Of a DNA stretch of 64,000 nt, positions 50,514 through 60,327 are shown in pieces (within the stretch, counting starts at the first letter, position 1; every line of letters starts with the position of its first letter). The position numbers and the translations under genes were made by a program. Source of the stretch: Candidatus Bathyarchaeota archaeon (GTDB lineage: Archaea; Thermoproteota; Bathyarchaeia; Bathyarchaeales; Bathycorpusculaceae); the NCBI GenBank assembly GCA_963772455.1, contig CAVYXJ010000007.1:64001-128000 (forward strand), in the 5' to 3' direction. The notes below the pieces were generated by a model. That model did no database searches. It was not told the DNA's origin and was given only the letters and a program-made list of their open reading frames with translations.

Positions 50514-50732
50514 ATGGACGATAATGTTTTAGTAACAATAACTGTAAGTCGAAAAAAAGATGAAATCCTCTACAAAGTTGACTGCGCGAAAGAAGTCAAG
50601 AGCGAAGAATTAGCGCATTATCTTGACGAAATTATCGAAGGTATATGCACTTGGAAACCACAGGTTTGCGAAGAAACAGTTCAAACTATCGTTGGAGTCA
50701 TAAGAGCACCTAACAGAAATAATAATAAATAA
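50514..50732 (+). CDS. Hypothetical protein
   Basis: ATG start with TATA-like element upstream; protein-like composition. Confidence 0.55.
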   Translation: MDDNVLVTITVSRKKDEILYKVDCAKEVKSEELAHYLDEIIEGICTWKPQVCEETVQTIVGVIRAPNRNNNK

Positions 50733-50840
50733 AAGGAAAATCTTCAATATAAAAAAATTTCTTATTAAAGTAAGCTAAACTATAATTATGGAAAAATAAA
50801 GCTGGGGATCCCCCAAAATATTGATCCAGATATTTATTGC

Positions 50841-51308
50841 CTATTTTTTTGTTTTGAAATATTCTTTCATCGGATCCCAGTAGAATTCTCTCCATCCCTC
50901 AGCGGTCTCTGCTTCTTGATCCTTGGGAACGTTCGAGTGAACCATTGTTATTTCGGTTCCTTTTGGCACTGCACGGAAAGTCAACTCCAACTTTGATGGA
51001 GGATAATCTTCCGGAAAATCCGTCGACTTCCATTCTTGAACTACGCGTTTTCCTTCCTCAAGCTCTAAAAATGTGCCAAAGATATATCCATCCCAAGCTG
51101 TGAATTTCCCGCCAACCACTGGGTTGCCAGTGGCTTTGCTGTCAGTGAATTCACTGTGTTTTTTTGGGTCCACGTAAGCTTCATAGACCTGTTTTGGAGA
51201 GACTTTTGGTATAGTTACTTTCTGAGTTATTGTTGCTACATCATTCTTCAAACTACCACTACCATTAATAGGTATAACAAAAAGAGCTTTTATCTCTGAC
51301 GCTTCCAA
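50841..51308 (-). CDS. SRPBCC/AHSA1 domain protein
   Basis: P.QVYEA, GGKF.AWDG.I.G, VQEW, GW..FYW; true start probably downstream of 51308. Confidence 0.85.
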   Translation of the reverse strand: MEASEIKALFVIPINGSGSLKNDVATITQKVTIPKVSPKQVYEAYVDPKKHSEFTDSKATGNPVVGGKFTAWDGYIFGTFLELEEGKRVVQEWKSTDFPEDYPPSKLELTFRAVPKGTEITMVHSNVPKDQEAETAEGWREFYWDPMKEYFKTKK

Positions 51309-51412
51309 GTGCCCCTTGATTCTAAAATAAATTAAATTTTAACAAACAAGGACATTAAAAAATAATTTTGAAACCGAAAATCTAAATGACACGGGAACAA
51401 TTTAAATAATCA

Positions 51413-51628
51413 GTGAAGAAAATGGGAAGATGTACAGTTACTAAAGGCCAACGGCAGCTGGGCAGAAAAATTAGAAAACTTGAAAACAGCGTTGAATTAA
51501 GCAGTAACGAATGCAAAGCTAAAGTGGCCGAACAAAAATACAAACAGAAAACTCAGGAAACCCAAGGATTCACAACTGAATCTCCAGTGCAGAACTTACG
51601 CGATGCATCAAAATGGAAGAAAGACTAA
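51413..51628 (+). CDS. Small basic hypothetical protein
   Basis: MGRCTVTKGQRQLGRKIRKLE...; TATA-like element upstream. Confidence 0.55.
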   Translation: MKKMGRCTVTKGQRQLGRKIRKLENSVELSSNECKAKVAEQKYKQKTQETQGFTTESPVQNLRDASKWKKD

Positions 51629-51704
51629 AACTAAGCATCGTTTGTTTTTATAATATAATTTCCAAGTTATCAAAAACTATAGTATAAAAAAGTTTTTGTT
51701 AAAA

Positions 51705-52811
51705 TTATATTCTCCAACCTGGAGCAACTTTCTTACCTAAAATCAACACTTGAATGTGCCCAATTACGATTATTAGCATCCAAATAGAGGAGTAAAAGAA
51801 GTAATAAACAAAGAGTTCATGAATTTTTATTTTAAAGCCCAGTTTTCTTGAGAAACCATAGAAAACAGCCGCAGTTAAAGCGAACCCAGACATTGAAATC
51901 AGCAAAATCTTTAGCACATCTGCAGTTGCCAAGGATAAGAGGAAAATTGGCAATGCAATATTAAATTTTATCGACAAAAACAGGGAAAAAACTAACAGTG
52001 AATTGTACATCCATACGCTTGGAATAACTGTGCTTAAAAGAAATACGGCGATGGAGGGGTATAAGAAGAATAAACTGGGCAAGACAATTTGAGGTTTTTT
52101 AATAAACTTCTTGGCTAAAGGTTTATACCAGTCTTTAAGCCAAAGTGCCTGACCGATTGCCCATCGTCTTCGTTGCGTAAACCACTTTTTCCAATTTGAG
52201 TGAACTTCGTTTTCAACTTCTACTTCATGCGAGTAAGCAAAGCTGCAGTCTTCCAAAAAAGCTCTTGTAGCAATATCGATATCCTCTGCAACTACTTTTC
52301 TGAAGCCATGGACTTTTTCGAAGATATCTCGCTTTATAGCAAAAGCTGCGCCGTTGACTGCTGGGCATTTATGCATGTATTTGGATGCGAGCCAAGAACT
52401 GATGTTGAATGTTAAATATTCATAATATGCCATTTTTGAGAGAAAAGATTTGGCTTTGGTTACTTTCTTTTTTATGTCCAATATGTCAGCCTGCTGCATT
52501 TCCATAACGATTTTTCGCAGGTAATCAGGGTCAGCTGGTATTCCAACATCAGAGTCGAGGAAAAGCAGCACTTTGCCAGTTGACAATTTGACTGTACTAT
52601 TTAGGGCGTTGGCTTTTCCAAGACGTTCTTTGTTAACAATAAATTGAATGTTTTCATCTTCAAGACTCTTAATTTTTTCGCAGAAAGCCTCAGTGGGTTG
52701 GTCAATTGTAACAAAAATTTCTTTCGAAACATTCTGCGACCCAAGTTTGTTTAGCATGCCTGCTAATTGATCGGATTCCTTGTAAACGGGAATAAATATG
52801 CTGACGTCCAC
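51705..52811 (-). CDS. GT2 glycosyltransferase with C-terminal TM helices
   Basis: IPVYKE, GKANALN, DSD, AED, QRRRW. Confidence 0.9.
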   Translation of the reverse strand: MDVSIFIPVYKESDQLAGMLNKLGSQNVSKEIFVTIDQPTEAFCEKIKSLEDENIQFIVNKERLGKANALNSTVKLSTGKVLLFLDSDVGIPADPDYLRKIVMEMQQADILDIKKKVTKAKSFLSKMAYYEYLTFNISSWLASKYMHKCPAVNGAAFAIKRDIFEKVHGFRKVVAEDIDIATRAFLEDCSFAYSHEVEVENEVHSNWKKWFTQRRRWAIGQALWLKDWYKPLAKKFIKKPQIVLPSLFFLYPSIAVFLLSTVIPSVWMYNSLLVFSLFLSIKFNIALPIFLLSLATADVLKILLISMSGFALTAAVFYGFSRKLGFKIKIHELFVYYFFYSSIWMLIIVIGHIQVLILGKKVAPGWRI

Positions 52812-52919
52812 AATTAATCCTCAGTCATTATCCACAAACAGGATGGACTATTCACAGAATCCTTTTTAAATTATTCTACAAAATGGGTTGTATACTTCTG
52901 TTTAGTATGGACAAAGAAG

Positions 52920-53792
52920 CTAGATCTTTGCGGTAACCAACACTACACCCAACACTGTTAGAACGATACTTATCACAAGTTTTTTGGACACATGCTCAAT
53001 TTTTCGCAAGTAAAAATAAGCAAATATCGCTACAAAAACAGGCTCAATCGAGAGCAGAGGCGTAATTACTGAAACGCCCTCGAAGCTCAAAGCGTAGAAA
53101 CTTAGCATCCAAGTGATCGCTTGCCCTACTCCTGCTACCCAAAACAAGCGCATATCTCTTTTCAAGGACAGCTCTTTGCGAGCTGAGGTTGAAGTCGATA
53201 ACACAATTAGAAACGGCAAAAGAGAAGCAGTATATGCAACAGCGACTCCAAAAACAGGCGCATCAAATTGAATTAAAGCAGACTTGCGCAATATACTCCC
53301 AGCGGCCAAAGCCAAACCACCAAGCACTGGATAAATCAAATCTTTTTTTGAATGTATGTTCAGATTGCCAACTTCTCGAGAACTCCATTCTACAAGAATT
53401 CCACCTAAGAAAACCAGGAAGATACCTGCCCAATTACTTGGCGCTAAAAACTCGCTAAGAAACAAAACCGCTAAGAACGATGTGTAGAGGGGATACACCG
53501 CGAATAAAGATGAATTGACTGGAGCACCTAACTTTTTCATGCCCTGATAATACAGGAGCCTAACGAATCCAGGCGTTAAAACTCCGCTTAATGCAAAAAT
53601 AAGAATACTACCAACATTAGCTAACGAAAAATTAGTTAATACCACTGCTAGCGGCCAGAGAACCAACATACCTACCCAACTAACCGCTAAACTAATGTTA
53701 AGGGCACTTGATTGATTGGAGAATTTCCTAACTATAACCACCGATAAAGCAGATGTTGCAGCAGAAATTATGGCTAAGACTACACCAATCAT
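52920..53792 (-). CDS. EamA/DMT transporter
   Basis: Two 5-TM repeats; P.....LAVLFL.E. Confidence 0.85.
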   Translation of the reverse strand: MIGVVLAIISAATSALSVVIVRKFSNQSSALNISLAVSWVGMLVLWPLAVVLTNFSLANVGSILIFALSGVLTPGFVRLLYYQGMKKLGAPVNSSLFAVYPLYTSFLAVLFLSEFLAPSNWAGIFLVFLGGILVEWSSREVGNLNIHSKKDLIYPVLGGLALAAGSILRKSALIQFDAPVFGVAVAYTASLLPFLIVLSTSTSARKELSLKRDMRLFWVAGVGQAITWMLSFYALSFEGVSVITPLLSIEPVFVAIFAYFYLRKIEHVSKKLVISIVLTVLGVVLVTAKI

Positions 53793-53898
53793 GCATTTTC
53801 ATGTTGAAGAAGCAATAATAAAGATTATTTCTCTAAACGTTTTTTTAACGTTTATAATAGGTAAATTATTATTTGCGACAAAAGAATATGTCAGCGTT

Positions 53899-54900
53899 AT
53901 GACTCGAGTTAAAGCCATAAGTTTACTTTCGGGCGGCTTAGACAGCATACTTGCCACAGAATTAATTCGTCGACAAGGCATCGAAGTAATAACTTTCAAT
54001 ATTAAAACGCCTTTTGGAATCCCCAAAAAAGATGGGTCAAGTGAAGCTGCTCAAGCTGCAGAACAACTTAAGGTACCACTAAAAGTCCTCTGTGTAGAAC
54101 AGGATTACCTGAGAATGCTTCGTAATCCCAAGCATGGTTACGGTAAAAACCTAAACCCATGCGTCGACTGTAAAATCTTTATACTAAAAAAAGCCAAAAA
54201 ATACGCGAAAGAAATCGGTGCAGACTTCATTTTTACCGGTGAAGTTTTGGGTGAACGTCCAATGTCTCAACATGGTCCTGCATTAAAGGTTATAGCTGAA
54301 GAATCAGGGTTGAAAGGAAAACTTTTACGACCTTTGTCAGCGAAGTTGCTAGCTGAAACTGCTGCTGAAAAAAAAGGTTTAGTTGATCGAACCAAGCTAC
54401 TAAGTATTCAAGGCAGATCCAGAAAACCCCAGTTTGCGCTTGCTCAAGAATATGGAATTAAAGTTTATCCTTCTCCTGCTGGTGGATGTCTATTAACCTG
54501 TGAAGAATATTGTAAGAAGTTGCGAGACCTGTTCGAAAACAAAAAACACATCTCTATGGTCGATGTGGCTTTGTTAAGGGTTGGAAGGCATTTTAGGTTT
54601 GGCAAAAACAAGATAATTGTCGGCAGAAATGAAATAGAAAACAAGTTTTTAACTGACAATAAAATAACAAGTGATTTCGTTTTTGAAACAATCGACGTTG
54701 TTGGACCAACAACTATTTTGCAAGGACCCAAGACAATGGCAGCGATTGAAACTGCCGCTAAATTAACTGCTTCGTATTCGGATGCTAAATCTGAAGTAGT
54801 AAATGTGAAGTTTGGAAAAAAAGGCCTTAATAAAAAAATAACTATTTCATTATTAAAGAAGGCTGATATGGATAAACTTAGAGTCGGAAACGCAAAGTGA
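53899..54900 (+). CDS. PP-loop tRNA sulfurtransferase-like protein (ThiI/MnmA-like)
   Basis: SGGLDS, NPCVDCK, TGEVLGERPMSQ, PAGGCLLT, GRHFR; ATG at 53899. Confidence 0.8.
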   Translation: MTRVKAISLLSGGLDSILATELIRRQGIEVITFNIKTPFGIPKKDGSSEAAQAAEQLKVPLKVLCVEQDYLRMLRNPKHGYGKNLNPCVDCKIFILKKAKKYAKEIGADFIFTGEVLGERPMSQHGPALKVIAEESGLKGKLLRPLSAKLLAETAAEKKGLVDRTKLLSIQGRSRKPQFALAQEYGIKVYPSPAGGCLLTCEEYCKKLRDLFENKKHISMVDVALLRVGRHFRFGKNKIIVGRNEIENKFLTDNKITSDFVFETIDVVGPTTILQGPKTMAAIETAAKLTASYSDAKSEVVNVKFGKKGLNKKITISLLKKADMDKLRVGNAK

Positions 54901-54927
54901 TGATGATTGAACCCTAATTGAACTTCA

Positions 54928-55641
54928 TTAGAGGTCTTTCTTCATAGCTTCTTGCTTAAGCTCTCTGGGCATCAACTCAATAGCATATCGTAGTGCTGTC
55001 CTTGGCATGTTCTTGTGATTCTTGAGTACGTAATCGAATACTTTTTTCTGGTGCTTTCTGCTTTCCTCTTTGAGCAGCCACCCGTATCCTTTCTGAACCA
55101 TGTCATCTTGATCTGTTAGCAAGGTATCGCAGATTTCTAAAGACTCCTCTAGAAACAAACCTTTTTTCGCGGGAACAATAAGTGTCACAGCAGAAGCCCG
55201 CTTTAGCCAACGGTTATCACTTTTTGCCCAGCTCTTAAGTTCATTCACTGTTTCAGGATATTTCTGGATAAGATCTCCTACTGTGTGGTTGCAGAATCCA
55301 TCGCATTTAGCCCAATTGTTAATGTAATGTTCAATCCAGTTTTTGAAAGTTGCCAAATCTTCAGGTTCTAACTGGTCAATGTAGTTTGGCAGCCAAAAAG
55401 AAACTACGAATGCTTCTTCAGTGTAGTCAGATCGTAAAAGTTCTTCACATAACTCAAAAATTGCTTTTTTATCTAATGTTTTTACTCGTGGCCAATATTT
55501 CTTTGCGATTTTTCCGACAATGTCGGTTTTTACTCCATAATATTTTACTTGTTCCTTAAAGAATCGTTGAAAACTCTTCTGTGTTTTGGCGTCTGTGGTG
55601 GCTTTTAGATCAGAACGGATTTGAGTTAGGACATTAGGCAT
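54928..55641 (-). CDS. AlkD-like DNA alkylation repair protein
   Basis: YGVK, NWA.CD, W.KS.NRW.KR, DDMVQKGYGWLLKE, RTALRYAIE. Confidence 0.85.
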   Translation of the reverse strand: MPNVLTQIRSDLKATTDAKTQKSFQRFFKEQVKYYGVKTDIVGKIAKKYWPRVKTLDKKAIFELCEELLRSDYTEEAFVVSFWLPNYIDQLEPEDLATFKNWIEHYINNWAKCDGFCNHTVGDLIQKYPETVNELKSWAKSDNRWLKRASAVTLIVPAKKGLFLEESLEICDTLLTDQDDMVQKGYGWLLKEESRKHQKKVFDYVLKNHKNMPRTALRYAIELMPRELKQEAMKKDL

Positions 55642-55724
55642 AGCAGAAGAATTGGTGTTTGGATAAATAATAGCTTTTTCTAAAATTAAAACAGAATTTA
55701 ATAAAATAGAGGGAAAAGGGGAAT

Positions 55725-56015
55725 TTAATAGTCTTCCATTTGGTATAGACCCAAATCGATGTTTAACGTTTTTTCGGGTCCGCAACTATCTTCAAGGTCA
55801 TAGAGGTGGCTTGTCACTTTCTCTAAGCGGCTTTTTTTAACTGTCACTTTGGTTTTAACCATCCTGTTAACTTTCATTTTTCCTTTTGATTTTCCTATAA
55901 CACTGGGTGCTCCAAGGACTAGCGTGTTGTCGATGATTTTTGGTGTGACTTCAACTTTGATTTCTTCAATCGATAGATGAAGCTTCAGAGCATCTTCGTG
56001 GAGGTGTTTAGTCAA
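55725..56015 (-). CDS. Hypothetical 96-aa protein coupled to the RHH gene
   Basis: TTG at 56015 overlaps the end of the RHH gene. Confidence 0.6.
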   Translation of the reverse strand: MTKHLHEDALKLHLSIEEIKVEVTPKIIDNTLVLGAPSVIGKSKGKMKVNRMVKTKVTVKKSRLEKVTSHLYDLEDSCGPEKTLNIDLGLYQMEDY

Positions 56016-56163
56016 CGCCCTTTCGCCTCCAAACTTCAGCACTGATCAAGTCTCGAATTGCTACGCGGATGGCTTCGGCACGGTTTGGATAAAACCGCTC
56101 GTCAACCAGCTGGTCCAAAGCTTTTATATAAGTTTCAGGTAAATACAGAGTTATTAGCTTCAT
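56008..56163 (-). CDS. Ribbon-helix-helix (CopG/CdrS-like) regulator, 51 aa
   Basis: Below the ORF track cutoff: MKLITLYLPETYIKALDQLVDERFYPNRAEAIRVAIRDLISAEVWRRKGVD; AAGGAG SD. Confidence 0.88.
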   Translation of the reverse strand: MKLITLYLPETYIKALDQLVDERFYPNRAEAIRVAIRDLISAEVWRRKGVD

Positions 56164-56356
56164 TCAGGATACGCTCCTTTGTTAGTGAATCACTAAACGA
56201 TGTTTCTCTGTTATAGTTCTATATATCATGCTACAAATATGTTTCAAACATGTTCGTGCATCTATATATAAGCCTTTTATCAAGGATGATACAAGCATCT
56301 GTCAATTCAAGCATGAGGGGGATTATGTTTTTATTCCTTGTTAAAGCAACTAACTT

Positions 56357-57664
56357 GTGGGTATCTCCATGGTTTGGCGTGTTTTCATTAGAAACTTCGG
56401 GTGCTCATCTAATGTAGCAGACGGAGAAATTTTAGCTGGTTGCCTAGTCGAAGCTGGACTCCAATTAGCCGTTTCCGAACTTGAAGCAGACGTTATAATC
56501 TACAATACCTGCGCAGTTAAAGGACCAACCGAAAACCGGATAATTGACGTCTTAAAACATGCACCAAAAGACAAAAAAATCGTGGTCTCTGGTTGCCTAC
56601 CTAAAATAAGTTTTGAACGCTTATTGAGAGAAACCCATTTTGATGGTGTCGTTGGCCCAGCATTTGGCAGAGAAATCGTTGATGTAGTAAAGAGGGTTTT
56701 GGCAGGTGAGAAAGTTTCAACTCTTTCAACTATTACAGAGAGACCACAGTTGAAGTTGCCAACCAAAAAATCCAATCCTATCATAAGTATAGTGCCAGTA
56801 AATTATGGATGTTTGGGCAGTTGTACTTATTGTTGCGTCATTTTGGCTCGCGGACACTTGCGAAGTGCCAGTATTAAAGAGGTAGTTGATCGTGTTCGAT
56901 GTGATTATCAATGTGGTGCCAAAGAGTTTTGGATCACTTCTCAGGATACTGCTTGCTATGGAAGAGATTTATACACTGATCTTGCCGATTTGCTTGTAGC
57001 GTTGGTTAAAGTGGAGGGTGACTTTCACATTCGTGTTGGTATGATGACGCCCAACATGGTAACTGAAATGCAAAGTCGGCTCATCATGGCTTTTGATAAC
57101 CCTAAAGTCTTCAAGTTTCTGCATTTGCCTGTTCAAAGCGGCGACGATACTGTGCTTCAATACATGCGCAGGTTCTACACTGCAGAAGAATTTAAAAGAA
57201 CTGTCAACACTTTTAGAAACGAATTTCCCAAATTAACGTTGGCAACTGATGTTATCGTGGGATTTCCTGGCGAAACAGAAGAAGCTTTCCAGAACACTCT
57301 TAAACTCTTAGAAGAAGTCAAACCTGACATAGTTAATGTTTCCAAATTTTTTGCAAGACCAAAAACCATAGCTGCCAGAATGAAAGATGACTTGGTGGAT
57401 AAGGAAGAAACCAAACGCAGAAGCACCGCCGCGGCAGAGTTGGCTAAGCAGCTTTCAGCCGAACGAAACCTACGTTGGGTTGGTTGGAGCGGCGAAATAC
57501 TCATAGATGAAAAAGGCAAATTGGAAGGCTCATGGGTAGGGCGCAACTTCACTTACAAACCAATAGCCATCCAAAGCACGGAAAACTTGTTAGGTAAAAC
57601 CATTGAAGTCAAGGTAACAGAAGCTTTAACAACCTACCTAAAAGGCGAAATACAGAAAAAATAA
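56357..57664 (+). CDS. tRNA t6A37 methylthiotransferase (archaeal MiaB-like/e-MtaB)
   Basis: GCSSN, NTCAVK, GC, radical-SAM CLGSCTYC, PVQSG, GFPGET, TRAM domain. Confidence 0.9.
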   Translation: MGISMVWRVFIRNFGCSSNVADGEILAGCLVEAGLQLAVSELEADVIIYNTCAVKGPTENRIIDVLKHAPKDKKIVVSGCLPKISFERLLRETHFDGVVGPAFGREIVDVVKRVLAGEKVSTLSTITERPQLKLPTKKSNPIISIVPVNYGCLGSCTYCCVILARGHLRSASIKEVVDRVRCDYQCGAKEFWITSQDTACYGRDLYTDLADLLVALVKVEGDFHIRVGMMTPNMVTEMQSRLIMAFDNPKVFKFLHLPVQSGDDTVLQYMRRFYTAEEFKRTVNTFRNEFPKLTLATDVIVGFPGETEEAFQNTLKLLEEVKPDIVNVSKFFARPKTIAARMKDDLVDKEETKRRSTAAAELAKQLSAERNLRWVGWSGEILIDEKGKLEGSWVGRNFTYKPIAIQSTENLLGKTIEVKVTEALTTYLKGEIQKK

Positions 57665-57760
57665 GTGCTCAGAAAAACTTCTTCACCTTTATAAATGGAT
57701 CAATAAACCCGTAGAGGTAAGGGGCAAAACTCTTATAGATAAAATAACACTGTTATAATC

Positions 57761-57831
57761 AATGAGCAGGAAGCATCGAAAAATTTTCACCTTTGCCCAA
57801 TCGTGAAACCCCCCAATGCTTCCTGCCCATT
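57761..57831. ncRNA. Candidate structured RNA (long hairpin), strand uncertain
   Basis: Arms AATGAGCAGGAAGCAT / ATGCTTCCTGCCCATT plus inner TTTCAC/GTGAAA. Confidence 0.5.
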
Positions 57832-57984
57832 TTCTAATAAACATTTTTTTAATTATCAGAATTAACAAAAATATATCCGCAACTTATTCACATTTCAGGA
57901 GACTTTTTCAACTAAGAGGCAGGGTTTGATGGCTAATGGAATGCTTAAATAATTTCGTCATTACATTTTCTTCGAGCTGAGAAA

Positions 57985-59409
57985 TTGACATCCATGCAGT
58001 CAAGCATCTATTTTTTCAACACTTTAACACGCAAAAAAGAAGTTTTTAAGCCATTAGAAACGGGTAAAATCAAGATCTATACGTGTGGTCCCACGGTTTA
58101 TGATTTTGCGCATATTGGGAATTTTCGGGCTTTTCTGTTTGAGGATTTAATGAAACGTTGGCTGGTTCAGCGTGGCTTCAAAGTCACTCATGTCATGAAT
58201 CTCACTGATATTGACGATAAAACAATTAAAGGCAGCCAAAAACAGGGTATTCCTCTTAGGCAGTTCACGGATTTTTATGTAAAAGCCTTTTTTGAGGACA
58301 TTAAAACCTTAAACATAGAACCTGCCGATATTTATCCAAAAGCGACCGATCACGTTCCTGAGATGGCTGCTTTAATCAAGACTTTACTGGCTAAAGGCTT
58401 CGCTTATAAAGGCGATGATGGGTCGATCTATTTTTCCGTTTGCAAATTCCCAAATTACGGCAAAATGTCCAAGATTAAAGTTGGCGAATTGAAGACTGGT
58501 GCGAGGGTAAGCCAAGACGAATATGCCAAGGAGGAAGCACAGGACTTCGCACTGTGGAAAGCATGGACACCTGAAGACGGTGATGCATTTTGGGAAACAG
58601 AACTGGGCAAAGGGAGACCAGGATGGCACATAGAATGCTCTGCAATGAGCATGAAATATCTTGGAGAAACCTTTGATATCCACTGTGGAGGCGTCGATAA
58701 CATGTTTCCCCACCACGAAAACGAAACCGCCCAATCTGAAGCGGCAACAGGTAAGAAATTCGTTAATTATTGGATGCACAACGAGCATTTACAGGTTGAG
58801 AGTAAAAAAATGTCTAAAAGCCTTGGCAACTTCTATACGCTCCGCGACCTCTTGGCCAAAGGGTACGACCCGATTGCAATTCGCTATTTGCTAATGTCCA
58901 CGCATTACCGCCAACAGTTCAACTTTACGTTTGAGGGTTTAGAAGCAGCTAAAAGTGCAGTGGATAGGCTTCGGAATTTTGTTCGGCGCTTACATGAAGC
59001 GGAAGGCAAAGAAAGCGGAGGAAAAGTCGCTACTTTCACCGGAAAAGTCGAAGCGTGCTTTGGCGGCTCCATGGATGATGACTTAAACATAGGTATAGCA
59101 CTTGCATCCCTTTTCGACTTTGTTCGTGAAATTAACAACCTATTGGATGCAAATATGGTAAGCAAAGACGAAGCTGCTGAAGTCGGGGGTGTAATGATAA
59201 AATTTGATGCCGTCTTGGGAGTCATTGGGAAAGTGGAAGTTGAAGAAGTGCTGCCCATAGAAATCGATGCATTAGTTCAGAAACGTGAGGATGCCCGCAA
59301 AACCAAGAACTGGAAAGAAGCTGACTCCATCAGGTCACAGCTTAAGGCCATGGGCATAGTGCTTGAGGATACTGCGCAAGGTGTTCGGTGGCACAAAGAG
59401 AAACCTTAA
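57985..59409 (+). CDS. cysS: Cysteinyl-tRNA synthetase (class I)
   Basis: CGPTVY..AHIGN, DFALWK, GRPGWHIECSAM, FPHHENE, KMSKS. Confidence 0.97.
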   Translation: MTSMQSSIYFFNTLTRKKEVFKPLETGKIKIYTCGPTVYDFAHIGNFRAFLFEDLMKRWLVQRGFKVTHVMNLTDIDDKTIKGSQKQGIPLRQFTDFYVKAFFEDIKTLNIEPADIYPKATDHVPEMAALIKTLLAKGFAYKGDDGSIYFSVCKFPNYGKMSKIKVGELKTGARVSQDEYAKEEAQDFALWKAWTPEDGDAFWETELGKGRPGWHIECSAMSMKYLGETFDIHCGGVDNMFPHHENETAQSEAATGKKFVNYWMHNEHLQVESKKMSKSLGNFYTLRDLLAKGYDPIAIRYLLMSTHYRQQFNFTFEGLEAAKSAVDRLRNFVRRLHEAEGKESGGKVATFTGKVEACFGGSMDDDLNIGIALASLFDFVREINNLLDANMVSKDEAAEVGGVMIKFDAVLGVIGKVEVEEVLPIEIDALVQKREDARKTKNWKEADSIRSQLKAMGIVLEDTAQGVRWHKEKP

Positions 59410-60188
59410 GTTTTGCCGCTTAAAGTCCATTCTTTGGTTGAGTATTTTTCTTTGTAGAGCTTATTTGCAGTTTCCACTTCATTTGGAGTTAATTCTTCTT
59501 CATATAATTGGATTTTCAGAATTGCCTTAAAACCCTGCATTAATGCGTTAACGACTGTTTCAGACGTAACACGGTTTCCTAACTCATCTTGAATACTGGT
59601 GATTTTGCGTTTGGCGATGTCGGCGGCCTGGGTGCAACTGAAATTTCTTAGTTTTAGGACCTTGAACATTTTTGGCAAAGCGACACTTCGCAAAAGTGTC
59701 CCATGCTGAAGAATCATTCCTCGCGTGATTGTTTGGCTGCTCCCTGAAATTTTTTTTCCATTCACGGTTAGGTTTGGGCAGTTTTTAGCGTCTCCACTGC
59801 TAAAATCTGCTGGAACACCTATAAGACGGAGAGCGTCGGTTATTGCTTCATAAATTTTGAAGTAAACAGTAGTTATGTCGCCTATGCCGAAGTCTGCTGT
59901 TTGAGCAATTACACTATAGGTTACTTCGCCTTCGAAGTCATGGTAGACGGCTCCACCACCGCTTATGCGTCTAACCACCTCAACGCCCAATTGTTTGCAG
60001 GCATCCAGGTAAATCTCGTTTTCTGGGTTCTGGTTCTTGCCAAAGCTCACTGCAGAAGGCTGCCAACGATAAAACCTTAAAGTATTAGGCACCGTTCCAG
60101 AAATTCTTGCGTTCAAGATTGCTTCATCGATTGCCATGTTCATGGCAGCATTATTGATTTTTAAGGGTACTAAACGCCAAGTATCCAT
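59406..60188 (-). CDS. Lipoate-protein ligase/octanoyltransferase catalytic domain
   Basis: NMAIDEA, RRISGGGAVYHD, KKISGSSQ, LQHGTL. Confidence 0.88.
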   Translation of the reverse strand: MDTWRLVPLKINNAAMNMAIDEAILNARISGTVPNTLRFYRWQPSAVSFGKNQNPENEIYLDACKQLGVEVVRRISGGGAVYHDFEGEVTYSVIAQTADFGIGDITTVYFKIYEAITDALRLIGVPADFSSGDAKNCPNLTVNGKKISGSSQTITRGMILQHGTLLRSVALPKMFKVLKLRNFSCTQAADIAKRKITSIQDELGNRVTSETVVNALMQGFKAILKIQLYEEELTPNEVETANKLYKEKYSTKEWTLSGKT

Positions 60189-60327
60189 AGAGGTTGACCT
60201 TCGAAGAGACAATCAATATAGACTTAAATCGTTTATGCAAATTGAAAATGAAAATGTTTAGCTTAAACTATTAAAGATAAAGCCTTAAAACCTAAACATG
60301 CATCTAAAAGTGCAAGAGGCAAATACA

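Noticed and set aside
50800-50810. 10-bp match to the tRNA-Cys end as an att site
   Set aside because: Too short, inverted relative to the 3' end, and no integrase present
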